DNA from: Minisyncoccia bacterium
Lineage (GTDB): Bacteria; Patescibacteriota; Minisyncoccia; SW-4-49-11
NCBI GenBank assembly: GCA_044356725.1
Contig: JBIKVS010000001.1
Location: forward strand, 36,873 to 100,872
Direction: 5' to 3'
Length of the DNA stretch: 64,000 nucleotides
In this document: positions 18,577-29,505 of the stretch, in pieces
Layout: every line of letters begins with the position of its first letter
Numbering within the stretch: the stretch's first letter is position 1
Position numbers and translations under genes: made by a program
The notes under the pieces: model-generated
Seen by the model: the letters and a program-made list of their open reading frames with translations, nothing else
Told to the model about the DNA's origin: nothing
Database searches by the model: none

Positions 18577-19691
18577 AAATAGCTGTACATGGTTCGCATT
18601 TATGTCAGGAAAGAGAAGATGGCAATCAGACCTATATTTTGAATTTATTTCGAGCAATTCGAGATATTGATACCGAGAATAAATATACTTTTTATTATAA
18701 TAGAACCACTAATAAAAAAGTTGAAGCTACCAATTTTGAACATAAAATACATCAAGCTCCTTTTATGTGGACTCAGAGAGTCTTTCCATTTTTATTGCGG
18801 CAAGATAAACCAGATATTCTGTTTATGCCGATTCAAATGTTGCCTTTTTTGAAATCTCGCAAACAAAAATCTGTGGTTACTATTCATGATTTAGCTTTTC
18901 TTTTATACCCAGAAACTTTCCCCGCTAAGGATGCTTTCTTACATAAACTATATGTAAGAGAGGCTATTGCTAAGGCTAATCATCTGATTGCTATTACTGA
19001 GGCTACTAAGCAAGATATAATTAAATTTTATAAAGTTGACCCAGACAAGATTACAGTGGTTTATCATGGGGTGGATAAGGATAGATTTAGATTGATGCAA
19101 GAAGGAGAGGAAAATCTAGTTGTAGATGTTAAAACTAAATACAATATCACTAAGCCTTATATTTTATATATTGGGAATGTGCAACCTCGTAAAAATATTC
19201 AAGGTCTAATCAAGGCTTATCAAAAACTCAGAAGCACGACAGATCATAATTATCAATTAGTGATTGCAGGCGCCAAAGCTTGGTTGATCGAAGATGTGAT
19301 GAAAGAGATTGGAGAGGATTATAGAGAGGATATAATTTTCACAGGTAGATTTCAGGATGAGGAGTTAGCACCTCTTTTATGGGGTTCAGACTTATTTGTC
19401 TTACCTAGCTTTTATGAAGGTTTTGGTTTGCCAATTCTAGAAGCTATGGCTTGTGGAGTGCCTACATTGGTGTCTAATACTCCTAGTTTAGTAGAGGTTG
19501 GGGGAGAGGCATCTTTATCTTTTGACCCTCATAGTGTTGACGATATGGCAAAAGTATTAGACAATGTAATAAGTAATCCTGATTTAAGACAAGAAATGAG
19601 ACTAAAGGGATTGAAAAGAGCAGAAGAATTTTCTTGGAATCGTTGTGCTCAAGAGACTATAAATGTAATTAAAAATACTCAAATATTATGA
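18573..19691 (+). CDS. GT4 family glycosyltransferase
   Basis: VTIHDL, PRKN, PSFYEGFGLPILEAMACG. Confidence 0.93.
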   Translation: MKIAVHGSHLCQEREDGNQTYILNLFRAIRDIDTENKYTFYYNRTTNKKVEATNFEHKIHQAPFMWTQRVFPFLLRQDKPDILFMPIQMLPFLKSRKQKSVVTIHDLAFLLYPETFPAKDAFLHKLYVREAIAKANHLIAITEATKQDIIKFYKVDPDKITVVYHGVDKDRFRLMQEGEENLVVDVKTKYNITKPYILYIGNVQPRKNIQGLIKAYQKLRSTTDHNYQLVIAGAKAWLIEDVMKEIGEDYREDIIFTGRFQDEELAPLLWGSDLFVLPSFYEGFGLPILEAMACGVPTLVSNTPSLVEVGGEASLSFDPHSVDDMAKVLDNVISNPDLRQEMRLKGLKRAEEFSWNRCAQETINVIKNTQIL

Positions 19692-20740
19692 GAAAAATTA
19701 TACCTAATGACAATAAAGGACAAAAAAAGAAAATGAAGCCTTGGAAGAAACGGCTACTGATTATTGTAGGTATTTTATTTTTAATAGGTGGGTCTGTCTT
19801 TGGATACTTTGCATATAAGGCGAATCAGTCAATCAATAATATTACTGGAGAGAATCAATCTATTTTTGATACAGCAAGGTCATTATTATCTGGAGCCTCG
19901 AATAAACAATTAAAATCAGATAATGGTAGAACAAACATAGTATTATTAGGGATGCGTGGAGAAAATGACCCTAATGGAGGGCTTCTAGCTGATTCTATAA
20001 TGATTATCTCTATGCAACAAGAATCTAAAAAAGTAGCTATGGTGTCCATACCAAGAGATTTAAGGGTAGAGATTCCTGGAACTAAAGGTTATAGTAAATT
20101 AAATGCAGCTCATGCAGTTGGTTTTAGAGAAAAACCACCACAAGGTTTACAGTATACTATGCAAGTCTTAGAAGAAGTTACAGGTATGCCTATGCATTAT
20201 GGAGTTAGTGTAGACTTCATTGCATTCAAAGGTATTATCGATGCTTTAGGAGGCATTACAATTAATGCTGAGAGTGACTTTTATGACCCTAATTATGATG
20301 GAGGAATTAGAGTTAAAAAAGGTTTGAATGATTTAAATAGTGATAGAGCTTTAAAGTATGTTCAAGCTAGATTGACTAGTAATGATTTTGATCGTTCTCG
20401 ACGTCAAAGAGAAGTGATGACCGCAATAAAAGATAAAGCAGATAAGAATGGGTCTCTTAGAAATCCAATTTTTATGCTAAATCTTTTAGAAAATTTTGGA
20501 ACTAATGTAAGAACTACTATGACAGTTGAAGAGTTACGAATAGCTGCTGATACAATTGGTACTTTAGATATGAATAATATGATTCAAAAAGGTTATGATA
20601 CTTCTGCAGATGGACCTTTTACATCCCAAACATTACCTAATATAGGCTATGTGATTATTCCAAGAAGTGGTAATTTCACTGCTTTTCAAAAAGATATACA
20701 GAGTATATTTGATACTGAAACAACTGTAACTAATCCGTAA
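19688..20740 (+). CDS. LCP (LytR-CpsA-Psr) family protein
   Basis: TM anchor; ADSIM, SIPRDL, KLNAA, DFDRSRRQ. Confidence 0.93.
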   Translation: MRKIIPNDNKGQKKKMKPWKKRLLIIVGILFLIGGSVFGYFAYKANQSINNITGENQSIFDTARSLLSGASNKQLKSDNGRTNIVLLGMRGENDPNGGLLADSIMIISMQQESKKVAMVSIPRDLRVEIPGTKGYSKLNAAHAVGFREKPPQGLQYTMQVLEEVTGMPMHYGVSVDFIAFKGIIDALGGITINAESDFYDPNYDGGIRVKKGLNDLNSDRALKYVQARLTSNDFDRSRRQREVMTAIKDKADKNGSLRNPIFMLNLLENFGTNVRTTMTVEELRIAADTIGTLDMNNMIQKGYDTSADGPFTSQTLPNIGYVIIPRSGNFTAFQKDIQSIFDTETTVTNP

Positions 20741-20743
20741 AAT

Positions 20744-21571
20744 ATGTATAAATATAAAGTAGCTTTGACAATTGTCAATTATAATACAAAAGATCTACTT
20801 TTATATTGCTTAAAAAAAATTTATCAAGCTAAAATTACTGTCCCATTCCAAGTTATAGTTCTAGATAATGCCTCTCATGATTCTGATGTTGTAGAAGAAG
20901 AAGTCAAGGACAAATATCCTTTAGTAGAATTTTTGAAACAGCCTAAAAACTATGGATATACTAAAGGTGTAAACATTTGTGCTAAATATGCTCAAGCTGA
21001 CTATATATTTAATTTAAATACGGATGCTTTTCTGGATGCTGGAGTTGTTGAATCAATGGTTAATTATTTGAATAAAAATCCATCAGTTGGATTGATTGGT
21101 CCACAGTTGTTAAATTTTGATAGTTCAATACAAGAGTCAACTTATCATTTTTTAACTCCATTATTAGCACTATATCGTAGAACCCCAATAGGGTTACTAC
21201 CTTTTGCCAAAAGAGCAATTGATAAATTTAAGATGTCAGATTGGGACCACAAATCGGTTAAGGAGGTGGATTGGGTTCTGGGGGCTGCTTATATGTTCCC
21301 CAAAACTATAATCGAAAAAATTAATTATCTTGATGAAGATATGTTTCTATATTTATCAGATACTTATTTTGCTTGGCAAGTTTGGTTGAACGGGTATAAG
21401 GTGGTATATTATCCTGAAGTCAAAATGTATCATTATCATCGCAAATCAAGTCAAAACGGATTTATATTCCGCCTCTTGTTTAAAAGAATTTACTGGATAC
21501 ATATTCAGGATGGAATTAAGTTTTTTAGTAAAACATGGGCTAAACCTAATCCTCACAAACAGTTAATTTAA
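20744..21571 (+). CDS. GT2 family glycosyltransferase
   Basis: IVNYN, DNAS, LNTD, VDWVLGA. Confidence 0.92.
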   Translation: MYKYKVALTIVNYNTKDLLLYCLKKIYQAKITVPFQVIVLDNASHDSDVVEEEVKDKYPLVEFLKQPKNYGYTKGVNICAKYAQADYIFNLNTDAFLDAGVVESMVNYLNKNPSVGLIGPQLLNFDSSIQESTYHFLTPLLALYRRTPIGLLPFAKRAIDKFKMSDWDHKSVKEVDWVLGAAYMFPKTIIEKINYLDEDMFLYLSDTYFAWQVWLNGYKVVYYPEVKMYHYHRKSSQNGFIFRLLFKRIYWIHIQDGIKFFSKTWAKPNPHKQLI

Positions 21572-21581
21572 AATATAAATT

Positions 21582-22763
21582 ATGAAATTATCTAACTTTT
21601 TATTCACAGCTCTTCTATTAATTATATCTTTTATTCTAGGAGGATTTTATTTTCAAGACTATGTATATAGTTTTATTAACTCCAATTCTAAACTATCTAA
21701 CAATTTAGAGACCAATTCTTTACAAAAAGTATATAATTTTTTAAGAGAGGAATATCTTTACCCTGATAAATTTGAAGATAAAACCACAGCAGAATTAGGG
21801 GCAGTGAAAGGATTGGTTGAATCTTTGGATGATCCATATACAGTTTATTTTTCTAAAGATGAGTATAAAGATTTTTCAGAAAGTTTGGATGGTAAGTTCC
21901 AAGGAATTGGAGCTGAAATTGGACTTAGAGAAGGTCAATTAATAATTATATCTCCAATTAAAGGTACTCCCGCTAGTAAAGCGGGATTATTGCCAGGAGA
22001 TGCTATAATTACTATTAATGGTGAGAGTACATTTGGCTTAAGTGTGGATAAAGCAGTTACAAAAATTAGAGGGGAAAAGGGAACTGAAGTCAAATTAGAA
22101 ATTGCAAGAGAAGGACAGACTGGAATACAAGAATTTGTTATAGTTAGAGATACTATAGATGTCCCAAATATTAAAACTCAAGAAAAAGATGGAGTTGGTA
22201 TTATTTCTTTAGCTCAGTTTCAAGTAGAAAGTGCCCAAGAATTAGACCAAGAGATAATCAAGTTACAAGAAAAAGGTATTAAAAATATAGTTCTAGACTT
22301 AAGAAATAATCCAGGAGGATACTTACAAGCCGCCGTGGATGTAGTGGAATTATTTACTCCAAAAGGATCAGTCGCAGTGATAGAAAAAGGTAGAGAATCT
22401 AATATGGTAAAAGAGTTAAAAACTAAAAAAGCTCCCAAATATGAAGAAATAAATCTAGTAGTACTAGTCAATCAAGGTTCAGCCAGTGCTTCTGAGATAG
22501 TAGCAGGAGCCTTGAGAGATTTAAAAGAGATTAAATTAGTTGGCCAGCAGACCTTTGGTAAAGGATTAGTCCAAAGCACTAAGGATTTTTCTGATGGTTC
22601 AGTTTTGAAGTATACTATAGCTGAGTGGCTCACTCCTTCAGGACTAGCTATTAATAAAGAAGGAATTAAGCCAGATTTTGAAGTAAAATTAACACCTGAT
22701 GACATTAAAGCAGAAAAAGATCCACAATTAGATAAAGCAATAGAAATAATAAAATCAAAATAA
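21582..22763 (+). CDS. S41 C-terminal processing peptidase with PDZ domain
   Basis: DPYT, GIGA, DLRNNPGG, SASASE, TFGKG. Confidence 0.95.
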   Translation: MKLSNFLFTALLLIISFILGGFYFQDYVYSFINSNSKLSNNLETNSLQKVYNFLREEYLYPDKFEDKTTAELGAVKGLVESLDDPYTVYFSKDEYKDFSESLDGKFQGIGAEIGLREGQLIIISPIKGTPASKAGLLPGDAIITINGESTFGLSVDKAVTKIRGEKGTEVKLEIAREGQTGIQEFVIVRDTIDVPNIKTQEKDGVGIISLAQFQVESAQELDQEIIKLQEKGIKNIVLDLRNNPGGYLQAAVDVVELFTPKGSVAVIEKGRESNMVKELKTKKAPKYEEINLVVLVNQGSASASEIVAGALRDLKEIKLVGQQTFGKGLVQSTKDFSDGSVLKYTIAEWLTPSGLAINKEGIKPDFEVKLTPDDIKAEKDPQLDKAIEIIKSK

Positions 22764-22767
22764 ATAT

Positions 22768-23982
22768 TTATATTTTATCAAAGGACATTATATTACCATC
22801 AATTTCTACTCCGTTTTGGGCAAGAGTTTTAGAGCTAATAATAATTCTTTTATTAATTCCGAGTAAATCAGCTTCTGCAAATTTTATCCCCGGTCTTTCA
22901 TCTCGGTTATCGAATAAAACCTTTCTATTTTCATTTTGTAGTTTTTGATATAATTCTTCGGCTTTTGTCATCACTTCTACAGAATCTGTATTCAAGGCAA
23001 TTAGGTGAATATTAAAAGGACTAACTTCCTCGGGCCATATCATTTTGGATTCATTTTCAGCAAAAACTTCTACTAAAGTTCCCATTAATCTAGAAATTCC
23101 AATTCCATAACATCCCATAATTACCGATCTATTTATACCATTCTCATCAGTAAATTCTAAGTCAAAAGCTTCAGAGTATTTGGTTTGTAATTTGAATATA
23201 TTACCAACTTCAATAGCTTGCTTTTGGATTAAATCTGGGTTATTACATTCAGGACAAGTTTTTTGTTCTTCTATAATCTCTTTATTAATAGCAACGTTAC
23301 ACTTTTCACATACAAAAATAGTATCTTCTCCAATATCAGATATGGTTTGAAATTCATGAGAATATTTACTAAAAGTACCTCCTGAAGCATAAGTCTTAAG
23401 AGTAATCTGACCAATGCCAAGTCTTTGATAAATATTTAGATAAGCTTGAGTGACCAGCTCATAATATCTATCTAAATCTTCAGAAGAACTATGAAAAGAA
23501 TATAAGTCTTTCATAATAAATTCCCTACCTCTTAAAACTCCTGATTTAGCTCTTTTTTCATCTCGAAATTTAGTTTGAATCTGGTAAGCAGCCAGTGGTA
23601 AATCTTGATATGATTGAATTAAGTTTTTAGCAATAGGTGTAATAATTTCCTCATGAGTTGAACCTAATGCCAATTCAGTTGAGGTATAATAAGAGGTGAA
23701 TTTATATAACACATCCAAACTATCCCATCTACCAGTTTTTTCCCAATAAGATTTTGGCTGTAAGGCAGGTAATAATAGTTCTTGAGCTGATATTTTATTT
23801 AATTCTTCTCTCACTATATTTTCAATATTTTTTAATACTCTATAACCCAAAGGTAAATAGGCATAAACTCCAGCCATAACCTGCTCAATATAACCTGCTT
23901 TGATTAAAATTTTAGCATTAAGTGATTCCTCTGATTTAGAAATATGTTTTCTAGTTTTTGAAATTAGTTCAGATTGATACAT
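22768..23982 (-). CDS. proS: proline--tRNA ligase (short form, no editing insertion)
   Basis: THEE, QTKFRDE, RGREFIMKDLYSF, EVGNIFKL, MGCYGIG. Confidence 0.95.
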   Translation of the reverse strand: MYQSELISKTRKHISKSEESLNAKILIKAGYIEQVMAGVYAYLPLGYRVLKNIENIVREELNKISAQELLLPALQPKSYWEKTGRWDSLDVLYKFTSYYTSTELALGSTHEEIITPIAKNLIQSYQDLPLAAYQIQTKFRDEKRAKSGVLRGREFIMKDLYSFHSSSEDLDRYYELVTQAYLNIYQRLGIGQITLKTYASGGTFSKYSHEFQTISDIGEDTIFVCEKCNVAINKEIIEEQKTCPECNNPDLIQKQAIEVGNIFKLQTKYSEAFDLEFTDENGINRSVIMGCYGIGISRLMGTLVEVFAENESKMIWPEEVSPFNIHLIALNTDSVEVMTKAEELYQKLQNENRKVLFDNRDERPGIKFAEADLLGINKRIIISSKTLAQNGVEIDGNIMSFDKI

Positions 23983-23990
23983 ATTAGAAT

Positions 23991-24452
23991 TTAATTATTA
24001 AGTAATTCAATGATTTTATCTTGAGAAAAATATTTCATGACAATATGCCATACAGGTTTACGATATTCATGTAGAAACTTATCAATTTGGTTTTGAGATA
24101 CCCATAAAAACCCTCCCAATTCTCGGCGATCTACTCTAATTGATTGAGTTCCACCATTGAATTTTAATAGAATAATAGTTTGTTCTTGTCCTAAATTTTC
24201 ATCTCTAATTAATCTTTTAGGAAAATAGAAAGTGTGTTTTTCTGGACATTTATCTAAAATTGTAAAGTCAGTAGTGTTTAATTCCTCACCCAACTCTCGA
24301 ATTATAGCTTCTTCATGAGTTTCATTGTCATTGACTCCCCCTTGAGGAAATTGCCAATGTAGCGGATCATTTGCTCTTGATACAATTAGTACATTTCCAT
24401 CTTTATCAAATATTATTGCTAGTACATTTTTCCTTAGTTTACCATAGGACAT
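23991..24452 (-). CDS. Nudix hydrolase, RppH-like
   Basis: WQFPQGGVNDNETHEEAIIRELGEEL. Confidence 0.85.
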   Translation of the reverse strand: MSYGKLRKNVLAIIFDKDGNVLIVSRANDPLHWQFPQGGVNDNETHEEAIIRELGEELNTTDFTILDKCPEKHTFYFPKRLIRDENLGQEQTIILLKFNGGTQSIRVDRRELGGFLWVSQNQIDKFLHEYRKPVWHIVMKYFSQDKIIELLNN

Positions 24453-24591
24453 ATATTTTTAAAATTAGGCTATTATCATAATTATATATATTATAGCCTA
24501 TATTTAGTATTTTGTACATATAAAATTTTTATTGGACAAAAATTTTAAAATATGATATAATAATATTATATTAATATAATATAGTATAAAT

Positions 24592-24831
24592 ATGAGTAAG
24601 AAACTATTAGAAAAGCACCCAAGTCACAAAGAGTTTATTTACAAGACTGAGATTATAGCAAGATATGCATTAAAAGCTATGGTAATATTAGTAGCTTTTA
24701 CTTTGGTGCTTTATCAGGTTTTGTTCGCACTTTCATACCTTGGTTTAACAACCTATCAAGAATATAAGCAGGAGCAGCAACAAAAACAACAGCAAGAAGC
24801 TCTAGAGAAACTTCAAGAAGATAAGAAATAA
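24592..24831 (+). CDS. small single-TM hypothetical protein with Gln-rich tail
   Basis: 79 aa ORF with upstream -10 motifs and a downstream terminator. Confidence 0.6.
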   Translation: MSKKLLEKHPSHKEFIYKTEIIARYALKAMVILVAFTLVLYQVLFALSYLGLTTYQEYKQEQQQKQQQEALEKLQEDKK

Positions 24832-24852
24832 TAGAACTTTGTTTTAGTTTGA

Positions 24853-24889
24853 TTACAGTAAAAGCCGGTAAACCCGGTTTTTATTGTAA
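24853..24889. terminator. intrinsic terminator, probably bidirectional
   Basis: AAAAGCCGG TAAAC CCGGTTTTT. Confidence 0.7.
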
Positions 24890-24947
24890 ATATATTCAAT
24901 ATAGTATAAACTAAATATAGTTTAGGAAATTACATTTTTATTTAAAT

Positions 24948-26009
24948 ATGAACATCATAGAATTTAAGGCTGAGTTTCAGTCCGTATTAGCTCAAGCTAT
25001 TGAATCCAAATTTGCAGAATATAGTCAGTATACTGATGATAAAGAGATTTTAGAGATAATAAATTATACTAAATCTATAATAGGTGGGGGTAAATGTATC
25101 CGTCCTTATATGGCATACACTATGTATGAAACTTTGGGCTGTGAAGATAAAGAGGTTATTATGGATTTGTTAGTCTCTTTAGAAGTCTTTCATGCTTTTG
25201 CATTGATACATGATGATGTAATTGATGAAGGTAAAATACGTCATAAGGTGGATACTCTACACACTTTCGTATCAAAAAGAATACAAGATAATCACAGAAC
25301 TTTTGCCAACAGAGTTCATTATGGACATTCTCAGGCTGTATTGGTAGGGGATTTGATGTTCTCTTGGTCTATTAGTAGATTTAACCGGTTTAACCATTTG
25401 CCATATTATGCCGAAGCCTGGAAGGTCTTTGAGAAGATGATGGATGAAGTAGCTATAGGTCAGATGATAGATGTCAATGTAATGACTAGAGATGAGATTA
25501 GCTCTCAGTTGATAGAAACTAAAATGCGACTCAAAACAGCAGGATATACCTTCGTACGACCGATGCAGATAGGAGTTGCACTGGCGGGGAAGGAAAAAGA
25601 ACTAACACAATTTTGTTTAGATTTTGGGGTAGCTTTGGGGCTTGCTTTTCAAACACAAGATGATATTTTAGATATTATTGCTGATCCAAAAACAATCAAA
25701 AAATCTATTCTCTCAGATATAAGAGAGCATCAACATACTTTTTTAACCCAATATGTGCTTGAAAACGGTACAAAGCAAGATATTTTAGAATTAGAACAAT
25801 ATTGGGGAAAGTCTGAAGTTAGTGATAATGACCAGACTAATATCATCAAGCTTTTTGAAAGAACTGGAGCTTTATCTTATACTAGATCTAAAGTTACAGA
25901 ATATTTGAATCAGGCTAAGAAAATAACCTCAGAAGAGATAAATATCACTGATAATACTAGATTAGCTCTTAATCAATTAATTCAATATATTGAAGATAGA
26001 GGGTATTAA
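24948..26009 (+). CDS. polyprenyl diphosphate synthase (CrtE/IdsA-like)
   Basis: GGKCIRP, HDDVID, KTAGY, FQTQDDILD. Confidence 0.92.
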   Translation: MNIIEFKAEFQSVLAQAIESKFAEYSQYTDDKEILEIINYTKSIIGGGKCIRPYMAYTMYETLGCEDKEVIMDLLVSLEVFHAFALIHDDVIDEGKIRHKVDTLHTFVSKRIQDNHRTFANRVHYGHSQAVLVGDLMFSWSISRFNRFNHLPYYAEAWKVFEKMMDEVAIGQMIDVNVMTRDEISSQLIETKMRLKTAGYTFVRPMQIGVALAGKEKELTQFCLDFGVALGLAFQTQDDILDIIADPKTIKKSILSDIREHQHTFLTQYVLENGTKQDILELEQYWGKSEVSDNDQTNIIKLFERTGALSYTRSKVTEYLNQAKKITSEEINITDNTRLALNQLIQYIEDRGY

Positions 26010-26013
26010 AACT

Positions 26014-26874
26014 ATGGATAAATATACTCAAGCAGTAGAGTCTATAACTAAACAATTTGGGACTAGCTATTATTTTGCAACCAGATTTTTACCCAGTGAT
26101 TTGAGGGAGTCAACCTATGCTTTGTATAGCTTTTTTCGTATTCCAGATGAGATTGTGGATAATTCCATTCACGAGAAAGAGGATGATATCTTGGCCGAAC
26201 TAGAAGATTGGGAAAAAATGTGGCATAAAGCTTATAAGGGGGAAACAACAATATATCCAATTTTAAATTTAACAACTCAAGTTTTTAGAAAATATAATAT
26301 ACCTTATCAATACAGTCTAGATTTTCTAAAAGCTATGAAACAAGATGTGCATATCACAAGATACAATACATATAAAGATTTACAAGATTATATGTATGGT
26401 TCCGCCTCCGTTGTTGGCTTAATGATGAGTTATGTTATAGGTTTTAATAATGAAAAAGCTTTAGATTATGCTCCATATTTGGGGGAAGCTATGCAATTAA
26501 CTAATTTTATTCGGGACATAGGAGAAGATTATAAAGAAAGAGGTCGAATTTATTTGCCACAAGAAGATATGGATAAGTATAATGTGAAAGAAATAGACAT
26601 CAAAGATAATCAAGTTAATGATAATTTTATTAAACTAATAAAATTTGAAATTAAAAGAGCAAGAAATTTATATAGACAATCTGATAAAGGTATTAAATAT
26701 CTCAATAAAAGAGGTAGATTTGCCGTCATAATGGCAAGTCGTATGTATGAGGCTATTTTAGATAAAGTGGAACAAAATAATTATAATGTTTTAACTAAAA
26801 GAGCCAGAACTTCTAAAAGAGAAAAAATATATATATTAGGTAAATCAGCTTTGGAATATGGATTTCAGGGCTAA
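26014..26874 (+). CDS. crtB: phytoene/squalene synthase
   Basis: SYYFATRFL, DEIVD, YMYGSASVVG, AMQLTNFIRDIGED, GRIYLP; ATG start at 26014. Confidence 0.88.
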   Translation: MDKYTQAVESITKQFGTSYYFATRFLPSDLRESTYALYSFFRIPDEIVDNSIHEKEDDILAELEDWEKMWHKAYKGETTIYPILNLTTQVFRKYNIPYQYSLDFLKAMKQDVHITRYNTYKDLQDYMYGSASVVGLMMSYVIGFNNEKALDYAPYLGEAMQLTNFIRDIGEDYKERGRIYLPQEDMDKYNVKEIDIKDNQVNDNFIKLIKFEIKRARNLYRQSDKGIKYLNKRGRFAVIMASRMYEAILDKVEQNNYNVLTKRARTSKREKIYILGKSALEYGFQG

Positions 26875-26941
26875 AATTATTTGCATTTGAACATAATCAA
26901 TCTATATGGTATAATTAATTTAATATTAAATAATAAGTAAT

Positions 26942-28015
26942 ATGGCAAAGAATAAATCCAAATCCACAGACAAGATTAGTAAGAATGATAAAATACAATC
27001 AGTATTAGAAGATATAAAAAGTAAGTTCGGAGATGAGTCAATGATGAAATTGGGGGATGTCAAAAAGGTTGACATCAAAGCTTACTCGACTGGATCTATT
27101 TCTCTTGATAGAGCTCTTGGAATTGGAGGCATGCCACAAGGTAGAATTATAGAGATTTATGGACCTGAATCTAGTGGTAAAACAACTATTTGTTTACAGG
27201 TTATTGCCAATGCACAGAAAGAAGGGGGAGTAGCAGCTTTTATTGATACTGAGCATGCATTAGATCCAGAATATGCCAAAAAGTTAAAAGTAAATACAGA
27301 TGACTTGTTGATTTCTCAGCCAAATACTGGAGAAGAGGCCTTGTCTATTGTAGAAGCATTAGTGCATTCAGGGAATGTAGACATTATCGTATTAGACTCA
27401 GTGGCAGCTATTGTTCCTAAGGCAGAAATTGAGGGGGATATGGGAGATTCTCATGTTGCTATTCAAGCTAGGTTGATGTCTCAAGCTCTTCGTAAATTAA
27501 CAGCTATTTCAGCTAAAGCCAATACCACAATTATTTTTACCAATCAGACTCGTATGAAGATTGGAGCTATGGGATATGGTAGCCCAGTTGAAACTCCAGG
27601 AGGAAAAGCTTTGAAATTCTATGCCTCAGTTAGAATAGAGATTAAAAGAGTAGCTCAGATTAAAAAAGGTGAAGAGGTGATTGGAGCTAGAACTAAAGCT
27701 AAAATTGTTAAAAATAAAGTTGCAGCCCCATTCAAGGTCGCTGAGTTTGATATTATGTACAATGAAGGAGTGTCATTGGAGACAGACTTGATTAATCTAG
27801 CTCTAAAAGTCGGAATATTGAAGAAAAAAGGCACCTATATTCAAGATATGGAAGGTAATACTTTAGGTCAAGGTTTAGAGTCAGCTAGAAAAGCGTTAAG
27901 AGATAACTCTGAGCTATTAGATAAATTATATTCTGATGTATTAGCTAAGGAGGATGCCAATATTGAAGGTACTGATGAAGCTGACAGTATTATTGCTAAT
28001 TCTATTGAAGAGTAA
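26942..28015 (+). CDS. recA: recombinase RecA
   Basis: [39 protein letters not shown]; no intein seen. Confidence 0.99.
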   Translation: MAKNKSKSTDKISKNDKIQSVLEDIKSKFGDESMMKLGDVKKVDIKAYSTGSISLDRALGIGGMPQGRIIEIYGPESSGKTTICLQVIANAQKEGGVAAFIDTEHALDPEYAKKLKVNTDDLLISQPNTGEEALSIVEALVHSGNVDIIVLDSVAAIVPKAEIEGDMGDSHVAIQARLMSQALRKLTAISAKANTTIIFTNQTRMKIGAMGYGSPVETPGGKALKFYASVRIEIKRVAQIKKGEEVIGARTKAKIVKNKVAAPFKVAEFDIMYNEGVSLETDLINLALKVGILKKKGTYIQDMEGNTLGQGLESARKALRDNSELLDKLYSDVLAKEDANIEGTDEADSIIANSIEE

Positions 28016-28017
28016 AT

Positions 28018-28776
28018 ATGGCTTACACTTTAGTCCTGATGAGACACGGAGAAAGTGTTTGGAATCAGTTAGATAAATTTACTGGTTGGACTGATGTTGA
28101 ATTATCTGCTAAAGGTATTCAAGAAGCAAAAACAGCAGGTATAATGTTGTCACAAAATGGTTTTGAATTTGATATAGCTTATACATCTATGCTAGATAGA
28201 GCTATAGATACTTTGCAATATGCATTAGAAGGAGCTCATATGACATGGATACCTGTTGTAAAAGATTGGCATCTAAACGAAAGACATTATGGAGGTTTAC
28301 AAGGTAAAAATAAAGCTGAATCTGTAGATGAATTTGGAGAATATCAGGTTAAAGTTTGGAGAAGAGCATTCGCTATTAAACCACCTTTATTGTCAGAATA
28401 TGATGCTAGATATCCTGCCAATGATGATAGATATGAAGATATTTCAGAAGAAGATTTACCTATTGGAGAGTCTCTGAAAGATACTTTAGATAGAGTGCAT
28501 CCATATTGGAAATCAGAATTAAGGCCAGCTATTTTATCTGGTAAAAGATTAATTGTTTCAGCTCATGGAAATAGTTTAAGAGCTTTATTAAAGTTTTTAG
28601 AAAATATTTCAGACAATAAAATTATTGATATAGAAATACCCACAGGTAACCCTCTAATATATGAATTAGAAGAAAATACTTTAAAGGTTTTAAACAAATA
28701 TTATTTAATAAGAGATAATAATGAAAGTAATAGAAATATATTTAGTAAATTTAAATCTATTTTTAAATTAAATTAA
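28018..28776 (+). CDS. gpmA: 2,3-bisphosphoglycerate-dependent phosphoglycerate mutase
   Basis: RHGES, FTGWTDV, LNERHYG, AHGNSLR. Confidence 0.95.
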   Translation: MAYTLVLMRHGESVWNQLDKFTGWTDVELSAKGIQEAKTAGIMLSQNGFEFDIAYTSMLDRAIDTLQYALEGAHMTWIPVVKDWHLNERHYGGLQGKNKAESVDEFGEYQVKVWRRAFAIKPPLLSEYDARYPANDDRYEDISEEDLPIGESLKDTLDRVHPYWKSELRPAILSGKRLIVSAHGNSLRALLKFLENISDNKIIDIEIPTGNPLIYELEENTLKVLNKYYLIRDNNESNRNIFSKFKSIFKLN

Positions 28777-28779
28777 AAT

Positions 28780-29457
28780 ATGTCAAAAATTATTTTAGTA
28801 AGACATGGAGATAGTCAATGGGACCAAGAAAGTAGGTTTATAGGTTGGACGGATGTCCCTTTACTAGAAAAAAGAGATACATTAAAAAATATTGGTAATG
28901 TATTGCTAAATAATAATACAGATATAGATATTGTAATAACTTCTGTGTTAGAAAGATCAATTGTGAGTGCTTGGACTATTATGAATAGTATGTATCATTC
29001 ATGGATAAAAGAAATACATGATTGGAGGTTAAATCCAAGACATTATGGAGTTATACAAGGCTTAACTTATCAAGAAACACTTTTAGAATACGCTAATATC
29101 AATGACATTAATTTTAGTTGGGACAAAACCGTAAACCCAATCTCTTTAGAAGATAAAAATCATCCTAGATATGATAGGAGGTATTCTAAAGTATCTCCAG
29201 AACACTTACCTTCAGTTGAAAGTCTCAAAGATGTGTATGAGAGAGTAGAGCAGTTTATTATGGAAATTTTATTACCAATTTTGAAGCAAGATGAAAATGT
29301 TCTATTAGTAGCTCATCATGATAGTATTAGGTCTATATTAAAATATTTTCAAAATTTATCCATTGAGGATACTATTGCGTTAAATATTAACCCTTCTCAG
29401 GCTATAGTATTAGAGTATGATAATAGTACTGGCATATCAAATCAATCTGTACTATAA
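28780..29457 (+). CDS. divergent GpmA paralog (histidine phosphatase family)
   Basis: RHGDS, GWTDV, LNPRHYG, AHHDS. Confidence 0.85.
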   Translation: MSKIILVRHGDSQWDQESRFIGWTDVPLLEKRDTLKNIGNVLLNNNTDIDIVITSVLERSIVSAWTIMNSMYHSWIKEIHDWRLNPRHYGVIQGLTYQETLLEYANINDINFSWDKTVNPISLEDKNHPRYDRRYSKVSPEHLPSVESLKDVYERVEQFIMEILLPILKQDENVLLVAHHDSIRSILKYFQNLSIEDTIALNINPSQAIVLEYDNSTGISNQSVL

Positions 29458-29505
29458 ATAAAATGTAAAATTATGCTATAATAGGATAATTAATTTATTA
29501 GGTTT

